Assembly (NCBI GenBank): GCA_002311855.1 | Contig: DCAB01000012.1 | Location: 388,112-452,111 of the forward strand | Direction: 5' to 3' | Length of the DNA stretch: 64,000 nucleotides | Source: Candidatus Dadabacteria bacterium UBA1144 | Lineage (GTDB): Bacteria; Desulfobacterota_D; UBA1144 | In this document: piece by piece, positions 42,498 to 53,032 of the stretch | Layout: every line of letters starts with the position of its first letter | How positions within the stretch are numbered: position 1 is the stretch's first letter | Translations under genes and position numbers: made by a program | Notes under the pieces: model-generated | The model's database searches: none | What the model was told of the DNA's origin: nothing | What the model saw: the letters and a program-made list of their open reading frames with translations, nothing else

Positions 42498-42543
42498 CAC
42501 CTCCATCTAGGTTAATTGTATCAAATGGCAATTCCAAATTCAA
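42498..42543 (-). promoter_or_regulatory. promoter and RBS of the 67-aa gene
   Basis: Minus strand TTGAAT, 17 bp spacer, TGaTACAAT extended -10, then GGAGGTG. Confidence 0.6.
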
Positions 42544-42553
42544 TAAACATTAT

Positions 42554-42841
42554 TTAATCTTCTAATTCTTCAATTATTAGGCTAGTTAAGGGAGTAGCAA
42601 TACATAGCAAGGCCATATTATTATCGATATCTTCTTTAGTTAAGCTATTTGGGTCGGGAGGGTGAATATATTTTATTTCCCCTTTTATAATCTTTGCCAT
42701 ACACGTGGTACACATACCTTGCATGCAACTATAAGGAAGCTTCAATCCTTGATTATTTGAAGACGTTAGTATTGATTCACCTTCTATTATGTCTATGGTT
42801 TTATTTAATTTTACAAACTTAATTTGATGAACTTTTGACAT
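42554..42841 (-). CDS. fdx: plant-type [2Fe-2S] ferredoxin
   Basis: LPYSCMQGMCTTC...LLCIATP. Confidence 0.92.
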   Translation of the reverse strand: MSKVHQIKFVKLNKTIDIIEGESILTSSNNQGLKLPYSCMQGMCTTCMAKIIKGEIKYIHPPDPNSLTKEDIDNNMALLCIATPLTSLIIEELED

Positions 42842-42901
42842 CGTTAACTCTCAATTGATTTCTATTGCAGCACTTATTGGCTAAAATATATAATAATTGA
42901 A

Positions 42902-44146
42902 ATGGTAACTTATAGAAACAAAGAACTTTTTGTCGAGAATGTTAGTTTTAAAACTTTAGCTAGCACATATGGAACTCCTTGCTATATATATAGTAAAAAA
43001 TATTTAGTAGAACAATTTAGTGATTATAAAAATGCCTTTAAAGGTTATCCCCAAACTATCATTTGCTATTCGGTAAAAGCTAATTCTAATTTATCGATTT
43101 TAAAAGTATTCAAAGAAATGGGTTCGGGTTTTGATATTGTGTCAGGGGGAGAATTGGAAAGAGTTATCGCGATTGGAGCCAATCCAAAAAAAGTAGTTTT
43201 CTCTGGAGTAGCTAAATCAAACGAAGAAGTAAAAAAGGCCATTGAATTTGGAATTCTATTTTTTAATGTCGAATCTTTTGATGAACTCGAGGTAATTAAT
43301 AAAATTGCAAAGAAAACTAGACATGTCGCTGAAATATCTATAAGAGTTAATCCTGACATAAATCCTAAAACTCATCCCTATATTTCTACTGGTTTGAAAT
43401 CAAGCAAATTTGGAATACCAATTAGGCAATCTTTTGAAATTTACAGAGAAGCAAAGAAGATGAAAAATATAAAACTAATCGGTATCGATGCACATATAGG
43501 CTCACAAATTTTGGATCTTGATCCTTTTGAGGACTCTTTAGAAAGATTGGAGAATCTATATTTCAAACTTAAAGATGAAAATATAAATATAGATTTTATT
43601 GACATAGGCGGAGGTCTAGGAATTAAATATAAGGACGAAGATCGCCCGCCGTCCAAAAAAAAATTTGCTCAGAAAATTATTAAAAGAATGAAAAGAATTA
43701 ATTGCAAATTGCTACTTGAGCCTGGTAGGTCTCTTGTTGGAAATTCTGGCTATCTTCTTACAGCGGTTGTGTACAAAAAAAATAATTACAAAAAAAACTT
43801 CTTGATAATTGATGCTGGTATGAACGATTTGTTAAGGCCTGCACTTTATGGATCATATCATAAAATTAGTAAAGTTATTCGATCCCACAAGGATGAAAAA
43901 ATTTACGATGTTGTTGGCCCAATCTGTGAGACGGGAGATGTAATAGCAAAGAATTTATCTATGAATGATGTGAAATTAGGAGACATTTTAGTTATACATT
44001 CTGCTGGTGCTTATGGGGCTACTATGTCATCAAATTACAATACAAGACCCAAAATTCCAGAAATCCTTGTCTCCGGAAACAAAACATTTTTAATAAGAAA
44101 AAAAGAGACCATATCTCAAATTTTAGAAAATGAGGTAATTATATAA
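42902..44146 (+). CDS. lysA: diaminopimelate decarboxylase
   Basis: YSVKAN, SGGE, HIGSQ, EPGR, RPALY, GPICETGD, GAYG..MSSNYN. Confidence 0.97.
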   Translation: MVTYRNKELFVENVSFKTLASTYGTPCYIYSKKYLVEQFSDYKNAFKGYPQTIICYSVKANSNLSILKVFKEMGSGFDIVSGGELERVIAIGANPKKVVFSGVAKSNEEVKKAIEFGILFFNVESFDELEVINKIAKKTRHVAEISIRVNPDINPKTHPYISTGLKSSKFGIPIRQSFEIYREAKKMKNIKLIGIDAHIGSQILDLDPFEDSLERLENLYFKLKDENINIDFIDIGGGLGIKYKDEDRPPSKKKFAQKIIKRMKRINCKLLLEPGRSLVGNSGYLLTAVVYKKNNYKKNFLIIDAGMNDLLRPALYGSYHKISKVIRSHKDEKIYDVVGPICETGDVIAKNLSMNDVKLGDILVIHSAGAYGATMSSNYNTRPKIPEILVSGNKTFLIRKKETISQILENEVII

Positions 44147-44147
44147 T

Positions 44148-44762
44148 ATGAATGATTCATTAATAATCTCAATTTTTGATAAAGGGGGGTTTTTTGTATA
44201 TCCAATATTATTATGTTCAATAATTGCCCTATCAATTTTTCTTAAAAGACTATATTTAACTAGAAGAAAAAATATATTTACCCTCGGTTTTTTGGGAAAA
44301 TTAGAAAATTATATTTCTGAGGGTAATTTTGATAGTTGTATTGTTTTTTGTCAAAAAGATGGATCAGTTTTTTCAAAAATAGTTGTCACTGCGTTACTTA
44401 ATAGAAGTAAGCCGACCAATGAATTAGAGAAAATAATTGAGGATGAAGGTGTAAGGCAAATATTTGATCTTTCAAAATCTAACGAAATACTAGGATCTCT
44501 AAGTAACATTAGCACGCTCCTTGGTTTATTGGGAACAATATCCGGAATGATTACAGTTTTTCAAGTGATAGCTACCCAACCTGTAGTTGACCCTCCTAGT
44601 TTAGCGGGAGGTATATCCGAAGCATTGTACACTACTGCATTTGGCTTGCTTGTGGCTATCCCAACTTTTATTGGGTACAAATTTTTGGCAGAAAGAATTA
44701 ATGAAATCGCTATGATGCTCCAAGCTGAATCTATGAAATTATTATCAAGGATAAAAAATTAA
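44148..44762 (+). CDS. exbB: MotA/TolQ/ExbB proton channel protein
   Basis: LLGLLGTISGMI, GGISEALYTTAFGL. Confidence 0.85.
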   Translation: MNDSLIISIFDKGGFFVYPILLCSIIALSIFLKRLYLTRRKNIFTLGFLGKLENYISEGNFDSCIVFCQKDGSVFSKIVVTALLNRSKPTNELEKIIEDEGVRQIFDLSKSNEILGSLSNISTLLGLLGTISGMITVFQVIATQPVVDPPSLAGGISEALYTTAFGLLVAIPTFIGYKFLAERINEIAMMLQAESMKLLSRIKN

Positions 44763-44766
44763 TTCT

Positions 44767-45165
44767 ATGAATTTTACTAAAAATATTCAAGATAATAAAT
44801 TAAACCTAGACCTTACACCAATAATAGATGTCGTATTTAATCTTTTGATTTTTTTTGCGTTGTCTTTGAACTTTAGTGAAATTACTTCGAGTTTGAATAT
44901 CAAGTTGCCAAAGGCGAAGTCTTCTGAAGTAATAACTGATCAACAAATTGTCATCAGCATAGAAAAGGGCAATAAAATCTCAATCAACGATAAAGCAGTT
45001 TTTCTGGATCAAATTCCAACATATTTGTCAAACGAGAACCAAAATAAGGTAGTTGTTATCAAAGCTGACACAACTATAGATCACGGATTTGTCGTACAAA
45101 TTATGGATATAATTAAACAATCAGGGTTCAAAAAACTAGGAATAGCAACCAAGAAAGTAGAATAA
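44767..45165 (+). CDS. exbD: ExbD/TolR biopolymer transport protein
   Basis: LTPIIDVVFNLLIFF, IKAD..HG.VV.IMD. Confidence 0.87.
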   Translation: MNFTKNIQDNKLNLDLTPIIDVVFNLLIFFALSLNFSEITSSLNIKLPKAKSSEVITDQQIVISIEKGNKISINDKAVFLDQIPTYLSNENQNKVVVIKADTTIDHGFVVQIMDIIKQSGFKKLGIATKKVE

Positions 45166-45205
45166 GAAATTTTCTATGAACAATACAAAATTTTAAAAAA
45201 TAAAA

Positions 45206-46102
45206 ATGAAAAAGAATTCAAATATGCTTTTGGGTTATTCATTGGTAATTGGAACAGCGTTCTTTACGGCTTTTTCATATATTTTTGGAACAATGGTGTC
45301 ACTTGATTTGTACCCTGAGACAATTGCATTTTATTGGTTTTTCGGAGCCTTTTTGGTTGCTCTTGTCAAAAGATGGATATTCTCGATTTTTGACACTAAA
45401 TATAAGATTTCTATATCCGACTTAAGAAAATATTCCCTAGTAATGGGGATATCGTCGGTAGCTACAATTTTTGGTATGGTTTTCTGGGTAATAGCTTTGC
45501 GGGAAATAGGCCCACCGATGACTTCTTTTCTAATGAAGTTTCAAGTTGTATTCTCCGTAATATTAGGATTCTTATTTTTAAATGAAAAACTAAGAAAGCT
45601 AGAAATTTTTGGTATTTTTCTAACCCTTATAGGAGGACTTGTAATCACTTATGATATTTCTCATTTTGAACTTAAGGGTGGATTGTTCGCAATATTCGCT
45701 GCTTTTTCTTATTCTTGTCTTTTTCTAATAGTGAGAAAACTGGGTTCAAAATTAAATATGATGATAGTTGCTACATTAAGATCATTAGGAGTTGCTATTC
45801 TTGCCGTGGCTTATCTACTCTTTACAAATAAATTCCAATTTCCGTCCGGTTTAGATCTCGCATATATGTTTATTGGGGGAACATTTGGGGCATATATAGG
45901 TAAAGCTTTCCAATTTCAGGCGATTAAGCTTGTTGATATCTCTAGAACAACAGCGATTACTCCGCTTGAAGCGGTTTTTGTAATTGGTCTAACTTTTGTA
46001 TTTTTTGATACGATTCCAAGTAGTATTAAATTAACTGGCGGTGCTCTAATAATTTTGGGAGTGCTTTTTCTCTTAATCTTTAGAAATGAAAATGTAGGCT
46101 AA
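45206..46102 (+). CDS. EamA/DMT family transporter
   Basis: About 10 TM in two repeats, LFLNEKL. Confidence 0.85.
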   Translation: MKKNSNMLLGYSLVIGTAFFTAFSYIFGTMVSLDLYPETIAFYWFFGAFLVALVKRWIFSIFDTKYKISISDLRKYSLVMGISSVATIFGMVFWVIALREIGPPMTSFLMKFQVVFSVILGFLFLNEKLRKLEIFGIFLTLIGGLVITYDISHFELKGGLFAIFAAFSYSCLFLIVRKLGSKLNMMIVATLRSLGVAILAVAYLLFTNKFQFPSGLDLAYMFIGGTFGAYIGKAFQFQAIKLVDISRTTAITPLEAVFVIGLTFVFFDTIPSSIKLTGGALIILGVLFLLIFRNENVG

Positions 46103-47205
46103 AAAATATTAGTTTTTAATTTATTTTTTGTTTTGTGTCTCTTTGTTGCTAATTGAATGAGATTGTCAATTAGTTTTTTATACTTAATTCCACTATGTTC
46201 TAATAGTTTTGGATACATACTGATTGAGGTAAAACCAGGAATAGTATTGATTTCGCTCATAAAAAGCTTTGGACTTTTGATGTTTTTTGTTTTTCCATAT
46301 AAAAAATCAATCCTAGCCATCCCTTCGCAGCCTATAATCTTGTAGGCTTCTATCGCATTTTTTTCTATTTCTTTTTTAAGGGACTTGTTTTTTTGGGATT
46401 TGTCAAAAGGTATTTCAAATTGTGATTTTCCATCAATATATTTTGCATTATAATCATAGAATTCAGAAGATGGAATTATTGAACCAGGACTCGATACGAT
46501 ACAATTTTCATTGCCTAGCACGCCTACTTCTATCTCATATGGATTTATAACGGCTTCCTCGACAAGTATTTTGCTAGAAAATCTAAAACTTTCTTTGATT
46601 TTTAAAACTAGCTCTTTCTTTGTCTTTACTTTATAGATTCCAACGCTTGATCCAAGATCTGCTGCTTTAACAAAACAAGGAAGTTTGATTTTTTTTAATG
46701 AATTTCTTACAATTTCTGCTTGATTCATTTTCCATTCGTACTTTTTAATCTGAATGAATGAAGGAGTTCTTATATTAATATTCTCTAGAATTCTTTTGGT
46801 TACGATTTTGTCCATACAAATTGCCGAACTACCTACGTCACTCCCCACATAAGGTTTGTTGATTATTTGTAACAAACCTTGAATAGATCCATCTTCTCCG
46901 CCTGTACCATGAACAATTGGGAAATAAACATCGATATCTACATTCTTAATAATTTTATTATTTTTTATTATTGATAAATCTTTACTTTTACCGAGTGGAA
47001 AAACAATTCTATTTTTTGTCGGCTTAAATTCTAGCTTGCTTTTTTTTGTAATGATTTTTGACTCTCTGAATGAGCCTTTTTTTTCTATGTATATACCAAT
47101 TATTGTATATTTCTTTTTATCTATATTGTTCAATATTGAATTAGCTGAAATTATCGATATTTCATGCTCTACCGATTTTCCACCATATATAAGACATACT
47201 CTCAT
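46099..47205 (-). CDS. ddl: D-alanine--D-alanine ligase
   Basis: GGKSVEHEIS, HGTGGEDG, GSSVG, FYDYNAKY, EINTIPG. Confidence 0.97.
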   Translation of the reverse strand: MRVCLIYGGKSVEHEISIISANSILNNIDKKKYTIIGIYIEKKGSFRESKIITKKSKLEFKPTKNRIVFPLGKSKDLSIIKNNKIIKNVDIDVYFPIVHGTGGEDGSIQGLLQIINKPYVGSDVGSSAICMDKIVTKRILENINIRTPSFIQIKKYEWKMNQAEIVRNSLKKIKLPCFVKAADLGSSVGIYKVKTKKELVLKIKESFRFSSKILVEEAVINPYEIEVGVLGNENCIVSSPGSIIPSSEFYDYNAKYIDGKSQFEIPFDKSQKNKSLKKEIEKNAIEAYKIIGCEGMARIDFLYGKTKNIKSPKLFMSEINTIPGFTSISMYPKLLEHSGIKYKKLIDNLIQLATKRHKTKNKLKTNIF

Positions 47206-47341
47206 CAGTGATATTAAATCAATAATACTCTTAAATTAATTAATTGTTTATTATTCTTCATAATTTGGTAAAATAAAAATATCGATTTTTTTAATATCTT
47301 TGTCAATAATTTATAAGATATGCATAAGGGGGAAAAGTCAA

Positions 47342-48523
47342 ATGTCTACCAAAGTAGTTATAAGTGAGCCTTTGCGTACAGCGATTGGAACTTTTGGAGG
47401 TACTCTCCAAGACGTTCCCGCAGTAGATTTAGGAATTACCGTTGTTAAGGAAATTTTAGAAAGAAATGAGATTGACCCAACTCAGGTTGACGAATGCATA
47501 ATGGGGAACATATTGGGGGCAGGCCAAGGGCAAAACCCCGCTAGGCAGGTTGCTTTAGGAGCTGGTCTTGACTATGACACGCCATCTTATACTTTAAATC
47601 GTGTTTGTGCTTCGGGTGTTCAATCTGTTGCAAATGCTACTCAAGCAATTAAAGCCGGAGATTCAGATTTGGTTATTGCTGGTGGTATAGAAAATATGAA
47701 CCTAGCCCCATTCCTCTTACCTAAGGCAAGATATGGGTACAAAATGGCTATAAATGCTAAAGATGAGATTCTGGATGGAATGGTACATGATGGACTTTGG
47801 GATATTTTTAATGATTACCATATGGGTATCACCGCAGAGAATCTTGCAGAAAAATATAAGATTACCAGGGAGCAACAAGATCAGTTTGCAATTGAAAGTC
47901 AAGGTAAAGCAAAAAAAGCAATAAGAGGCGGAGTATTCAAAAAAGAAATCGTACCCGTTCCATTGAAAAAAGGTGTCTTTGATATAGATGAACATCCTAG
48001 AGAAGTATCAATGGCTGCATTAAGCAGGCTCAGACCAGTTTTTATTCCTGACGGTACGGTAACTGCCGGCAATGCATCGGGTATTAATGATGGAGCAGCT
48101 GCTATGCTGGTTTCATCAGAGTCAAAGGCAACGGAATTAGGTCTTAATCCAATTGGTGAAGTCATTTCTCTTGCAGTTGCGGGCGTTGACCCGGCTATCA
48201 TGGGGATTGCTCCTGTCGCGGCGATGAACAAGGCACTTGCTAAAGCTGGATTGACAATTGATGATATTGATTTAATTGAATTAAATGAAGCTTTTGCCGC
48301 ACAATCATTGGCCGTTTTAAGTGATTTTCCGATTCCTGCAGAAAAGTTAAATGTAAATGGAGGAGCCGTTGCTCTTGGTCATCCAATTGGTGCATCTGGA
48401 ACAATTTTGATTGTTAAACTTTTACATGAGATGCAAAGAAGACAAGTCAAAAGAGGATTGGTTTCTTTATGTGTTGGAGGCGGACAAGGTATTGCTATGG
48501 TTTTAGAAAATCCAAATGCTTAA
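47342..48523 (+). CDS. acetyl-CoA C-acetyltransferase (biosynthetic thiolase)
   Basis: NRVCASG, ELNEAFA, GHPIGASG, LCVGGGQG. Confidence 0.95.
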   Translation: MSTKVVISEPLRTAIGTFGGTLQDVPAVDLGITVVKEILERNEIDPTQVDECIMGNILGAGQGQNPARQVALGAGLDYDTPSYTLNRVCASGVQSVANATQAIKAGDSDLVIAGGIENMNLAPFLLPKARYGYKMAINAKDEILDGMVHDGLWDIFNDYHMGITAENLAEKYKITREQQDQFAIESQGKAKKAIRGGVFKKEIVPVPLKKGVFDIDEHPREVSMAALSRLRPVFIPDGTVTAGNASGINDGAAAMLVSSESKATELGLNPIGEVISLAVAGVDPAIMGIAPVAAMNKALAKAGLTIDDIDLIELNEAFAAQSLAVLSDFPIPAEKLNVNGGAVALGHPIGASGTILIVKLLHEMQRRQVKRGLVSLCVGGGQGIAMVLENPNA

Positions 48524-48536
48524 CCTTTAAGACAAA

Positions 48537-48758
48537 ATGTCGGATGATAGAAAAACTCAAAGTACGGATGTATTTAGTTCTCAACTTAATATTGAAACGA
48601 AAAAATTCTTTTTCGATTTGAAAGAGAATCGTAAGGGTCAATATTTAAGGATTACCGAGGTAAGTGGTGGTAGATCAAGCATAGTTATTCCGGTGAATGG
48701 TTTGAAAGATTTTCAAGATCAAGTACAAGGAATAATTGATAAGGCCTCGAAAAAATAA
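48537..48758 (+). CDS. single PUR-repeat (Pur-alpha/DUF3276-like) ssDNA/RNA-binding protein
   Basis: KKFFFDLKENRKGQYLRITE...RSSIVIP matches the PUR repeat pattern. Confidence 0.8.
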   Translation: MSDDRKTQSTDVFSSQLNIETKKFFFDLKENRKGQYLRITEVSGGRSSIVIPVNGLKDFQDQVQGIIDKASKK

Positions 48759-48759
48759 C

Positions 48760-49662
48760 TCATATTTGTAGGCTTTCTATACTTTTGATCTGATATTTGT
48801 TCTTTACAATCCTTGCCTTGTTATTAGACAAAAATACTTCATTTTTGTCAACGTTTTCACGGTGATTCAAAAACCCCAATGCAAAAGTTATATTATCTTT
48901 TGGTAGATATACCTTGCTTGAAATATGACCTATGTCTTCATCTTTATTATTTTTAATAACTTGATTAATTTGCACATTACTTTTTGTTTTCATGCAAGCA
49001 AGCGTTCTTTTTACTTGACCTCTATATCTTATTCGTGCAATTATTTCCTGACCGATATAGCAACCTTTGGTAAAACTAATAGCTGACCACATATTTGCTT
49101 CGATGGGTATAACGCCGGAATGAATTTCGTAGGGGTAGCTAGGAATTCCGTTAATTATTTTCCATTGTACATATAGCTCCTCGTCCATTATTTCTTCTTC
49201 TAGTGCTTTTTCGTGACCTCTTTCGATAAATATAATTTTAAAGTTTTCTTCTAAAGAAATTGGAGAATTAAAACTAAGTAGATTGTCCAAATCGCATCCT
49301 TTTGCTTTTAATATTTTGTAATCTTTTGACAAATTATTTATTTTGACGTCAAAAGACATTCTATATTTTGTAAGATATTCAATTAAAGAATCAATTTGAT
49401 TGGAATTGGTTTGTATATAAATGGAATTGCCGTTGATTTTAAATATACAAATATCAAACAAAATTTTACCTTTATTGGTCAGGATTAGATTATGTATAGA
49501 GGCACCTTCTGATAGGTTTGTGACTTCATTGGAAGAGATTCCGTTTAAAAATTTGATATGATCCTTACCAGATAATCTTATCAAAGATTGACTCTTCAGT
49601 TCGAATATGAAATTTTCTTCTTCTAAGAAATCCATTAATTCGGCGGATGAAAATTCTCTCAT
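48760..49662 (-). CDS. ygfZ: folate-binding Fe-S maturation protein YgfZ
   Basis: KGCYIGQE signature in a GcvT-like protein. Confidence 0.9.
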   Translation of the reverse strand: MREFSSAELMDFLEEENFIFELKSQSLIRLSGKDHIKFLNGISSNEVTNLSEGASIHNLILTNKGKILFDICIFKINGNSIYIQTNSNQIDSLIEYLTKYRMSFDVKINNLSKDYKILKAKGCDLDNLLSFNSPISLEENFKIIFIERGHEKALEEEIMDEELYVQWKIINGIPSYPYEIHSGVIPIEANMWSAISFTKGCYIGQEIIARIRYRGQVKRTLACMKTKSNVQINQVIKNNKDEDIGHISSKVYLPKDNITFALGFLNHRENVDKNEVFLSNNKARIVKNKYQIKSIESLQI

Positions 49663-49759
49663 TTATTCTCCAGTCTTGATTTTTTTTCTAAGATTTATAA
49701 AATAAGATACATAATATTTACCTACTTTGGAATTTTTTGTTTATTATAATAAGGTTAAT

Positions 49760-50698
49760 ATGGATTTTGAATTAGAAAATAAAGTCGTAATCATTGGTTC
49801 AGGAGCTGCTGGGTTGACAGCCGCTATTTATGCGGCTAGAGCCAATCTTGAGCCCTTAGTTTTTGAGGGATTCCAGGCAGGTGGTCAATTAACTATGACT
49901 ACTGATGTTGAGAATTATCCAGGTTTCCCCAATGGTGTAATGGGTCCAAACTTAATGGACTTACTTAGAGAGCAAGCCCAAAGATTTGGAGCTAACTGTA
50001 TTGCAGCTCAAGTTGAGAAAGTAGATTTTGATTTATACCCATATTGTTTAATGGTTAACGAGAAACAAATATATGCTGATTCTATAATCATCGCAACTGG
50101 GGCAACTGCAAAATTGTTAGATGTACCTGGAGAATCCAACTTGATTGGCAGAGGAGTTTCGACATGTGCAACTTGCGACGGATTTTTTTATAAAGATAAA
50201 AAAATTCATGTAATTGGTGGTGGTGATAGTGCCATGGAAGAAGCGAATTTTCTCACTAAATTTGCTAAACAAGTTACGATTGTGCACAGAAGAGATCGGC
50301 TCCGAGCATCAAAAATAATGCAAGATAGGGCGAAATCAAATCCTAAAATTAATTTTCTTTGGAATGCCGAATTACACGAAATAATTGGTACTCAAAAAGA
50401 TGGTACAAACTCTTTTTTCTATAAAGATGTAAAAACAAATAAAATTACGAAAGTCGAGACGGAGGGAATCTTCATTGCTATTGGACATAATCCAAACACA
50501 GAACTGTTCCTCAATAAAATCGATATGGATGATAGTGGTTATATTCTTACTGAAGGAAAATCCTCCAAAACAAACTTGAAAGGGATTTTTGCAGCCGGAG
50601 ATGTTCAAGACGATGTATATCGTCAAGCTATTACCGCAGCTGGGAGTGGCTGTATGGCAGCAATAGATGCTGAGCGCTTTTTAGAAGAGGAGAAATAA
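49760..50698 (+). CDS. trxB: thioredoxin reductase
   Basis: GSGAAG, GGQL, VENYPG, CATCDG, GGGDSA, AAGDV. Confidence 0.97.
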   Translation: MDFELENKVVIIGSGAAGLTAAIYAARANLEPLVFEGFQAGGQLTMTTDVENYPGFPNGVMGPNLMDLLREQAQRFGANCIAAQVEKVDFDLYPYCLMVNEKQIYADSIIIATGATAKLLDVPGESNLIGRGVSTCATCDGFFYKDKKIHVIGGGDSAMEEANFLTKFAKQVTIVHRRDRLRASKIMQDRAKSNPKINFLWNAELHEIIGTQKDGTNSFFYKDVKTNKITKVETEGIFIAIGHNPNTELFLNKIDMDDSGYILTEGKSSKTNLKGIFAAGDVQDDVYRQAITAAGSGCMAAIDAERFLEEEK

Positions 50699-50707
50699 GA
50701 CTTATTT

Positions 50708-51730
50708 ATGAATTATAGATCTTTTCCTAGAAATGATGATATCAAAGTATCAGAGGTTGGATTTGGTGTGTGGTCTGTCGCTACTAAATGGTGGGGAGTA
50801 GATGACGAAAAACTCGGGATCTCTTTACTGCAGCATGCTTTTAGTGAAGGAGTGAATTTTTTTGATACTGCAGATGTTTATGGAGAAGGATATGGAGAAG
50901 AAATATTAGCCAAAGCCTTTCCTAGATCAAGAGACAAGAGAATCTATGCAACTAAATTTGGATATGACATCTATGCAAATCCAGGTGAAAGAAAAGGTCA
51001 TTCCGAACTCCCACAAAAATTTTCTGCCGATAAAATCAAATATTCATGTGAGCAAAGCCTAAAAAGATTAAAGACCGATTATATTGATATATATCAAATG
51101 CATAATCCAAGACTAGACTTCATAAATAATCAAGAAGTACTAGAAACACTTCATGGATTAATTAAAGAAGGCAAAATAAGATCTTTTGCTATGGCTCTGG
51201 GGCCTGATATTGGCTGGCTTGAGGAAGGACTTCAAGCAATGAACCATAATCCTATCGCGTTGCAAATAATTTACAATCTTCTTGAACAAGAGCCTTCCAG
51301 GTCTCTTTTTAAGAAATCTGAAGAGACAAAAACCGGTCTAATATCAAGAGTACCCCACGCATCTGGAATAATGGATGGAACTTTCACGAACGAAAAAATT
51401 TATTCAAAAGATGATCATAGAAGTCACAGAAAACAACTGTGGATGGAAGCGGGACTTAAAGTGAAAAAGGATTTTGAGTTTTTGTACAAAGATACTGGAA
51501 CAACAATCAGTCAAGCCGCGATTCTCTTTCCATTATCTGTGTCAAACATATGTACCGTATTGCCGAATTTCACAACACATGAAGAAGTAGATGAATTTAC
51601 TAAAGTATCAGAACTTACTCCTTTCTCTAGGGAGGAAATCGACCAAATTGAATATTTATGGAAAAATTCTCATTCGAAGATTCTTGACCAACCATTTTCC
51701 AACAGTTTAACAAAACCTACCCCTTTATAA
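50708..51730 (+). CDS. aldo/keto reductase
   Basis: DTADVYG, TKFG, SLKRLKTDYIDIYQMH, GKIR. Confidence 0.92.
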   Translation: MNYRSFPRNDDIKVSEVGFGVWSVATKWWGVDDEKLGISLLQHAFSEGVNFFDTADVYGEGYGEEILAKAFPRSRDKRIYATKFGYDIYANPGERKGHSELPQKFSADKIKYSCEQSLKRLKTDYIDIYQMHNPRLDFINNQEVLETLHGLIKEGKIRSFAMALGPDIGWLEEGLQAMNHNPIALQIIYNLLEQEPSRSLFKKSEETKTGLISRVPHASGIMDGTFTNEKIYSKDDHRSHRKQLWMEAGLKVKKDFEFLYKDTGTTISQAAILFPLSVSNICTVLPNFTTHEEVDEFTKVSELTPFSREEIDQIEYLWKNSHSKILDQPFSNSLTKPTPL

Positions 51731-53032
51731 ATCTTGGGAAGTTTTCTCTTTAATTGCCCTTCTATAAAAGTAGGTTCCTATAAGTAAAGTACATAAATTT
51801 CTTACGACTAGGGAAATAGCGGCACCATCGTGTTTTAAGATATCTACTAGAGAGAACAACGAAAAACAATAAATAACTGTTGTTGCAGCAGTAATAAAAG
51901 TCAAATATTTTGCTTTTCCAAGTGCAAGCATTGATGGATTAACCCAATAAGAAGCATTATGGATTATCATAGCTAAAATAAGAATTATTAAAGCAGTTTC
52001 TGCGGCAACAAATTGCTCTCCAAAAAAAACGAAAAGTATTTCATAGGAAAAAATATAAATTATAATTCCAATGACCAACGATGAGATTAGAATCATCCTC
52101 AGTGATTCTAATATTAATCTCTTATAGTTATTAAAATCTTTTTCGGCATTCAATCTAACAAATTCTGGAAATATTATCTCAAGTGCTGGATCCATTATCC
52201 TTCTTATTATTTTTACTATTGCCCTTGCAGCCCTATATAATCCGGCATAAATGGGCCCGACAAAATAACCAACGATTACTACACCTAAGTTTTTATCATT
52301 GGCTAAATTTAAGATGTTTGAAAAATGTGCATTGAGCATGAATTTGATATAATCTTTTCTCTCGTTTTTATTGAGTAAATTATGAATCTTAAAGTTTATT
52401 CTTTCTTTTGCTAATATATTTTGTAGATATATACACCTAAGAGACATTCCTACTAAGCTCGATAAAACAAACGATAGAAGTAGAAATTTAATGCTAAAAA
52501 TTGTATAAAGACAAATTAGGATTAAAAATAATCTAAAGAAATTAGTACTGACATTTATTTTAAATATAGAATTGTATTGATTATAAGTTCTTAATATTCC
52601 ATCTATGGTTTCAGTAGTTGATGTGAACAATACTGAAAATGAATATATAACCAATAAAATAATTACATCTTTTTCAAAATTAAAAAATTGGTCTACAAGA
52701 AAATATAAAAGAAAGATAATTAAACTAAAAGATAATAGAGACGAGAGGGAAGACAAGATAATCGAAAAAGATAAGTACCTAGAAACACGATCTTTGTTTT
52801 GAATATTTTCTCCGATAAATTTTACACTTGTATCCCATATTCTGAAACTAAATACTATATTTAAGATTTCTATACTAGAAACAATGATTGAAAAAACACC
52901 AAATTCTTTTACTCCGAGGAATCTTCCTATTATTAAAAGAGTTAGTACGGATGCTAAACCACCTATAATTTTTGTGAATGCAAGAACTTTGTAGTTTCTT
53001 AGTATTCTTTTTTTTATCTCTTCAAATTTCAT
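51725..53032 (-). CDS. Wzx/MOP-family oligosaccharide flippase
   Basis: About 12 TM; RFLGVKEFG, AGLYRAA, FFGEQF. Confidence 0.8.
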   Translation of the reverse strand: MKFEEIKKRILRNYKVLAFTKIIGGLASVLTLLIIGRFLGVKEFGVFSIIVSSIEILNIVFSFRIWDTSVKFIGENIQNKDRVSRYLSFSIILSSLSSLLSFSLIIFLLYFLVDQFFNFEKDVIILLVIYSFSVLFTSTTETIDGILRTYNQYNSIFKINVSTNFFRLFLILICLYTIFSIKFLLLSFVLSSLVGMSLRCIYLQNILAKERINFKIHNLLNKNERKDYIKFMLNAHFSNILNLANDKNLGVVIVGYFVGPIYAGLYRAARAIVKIIRRIMDPALEIIFPEFVRLNAEKDFNNYKRLILESLRMILISSLVIGIIIYIFSYEILFVFFGEQFVAAETALIILILAMIIHNASYWVNPSMLALGKAKYLTFITAATTVIYCFSLFSLVDILKHDGAAISLVVRNLCTLLIGTYFYRRAIKEKTSQDL

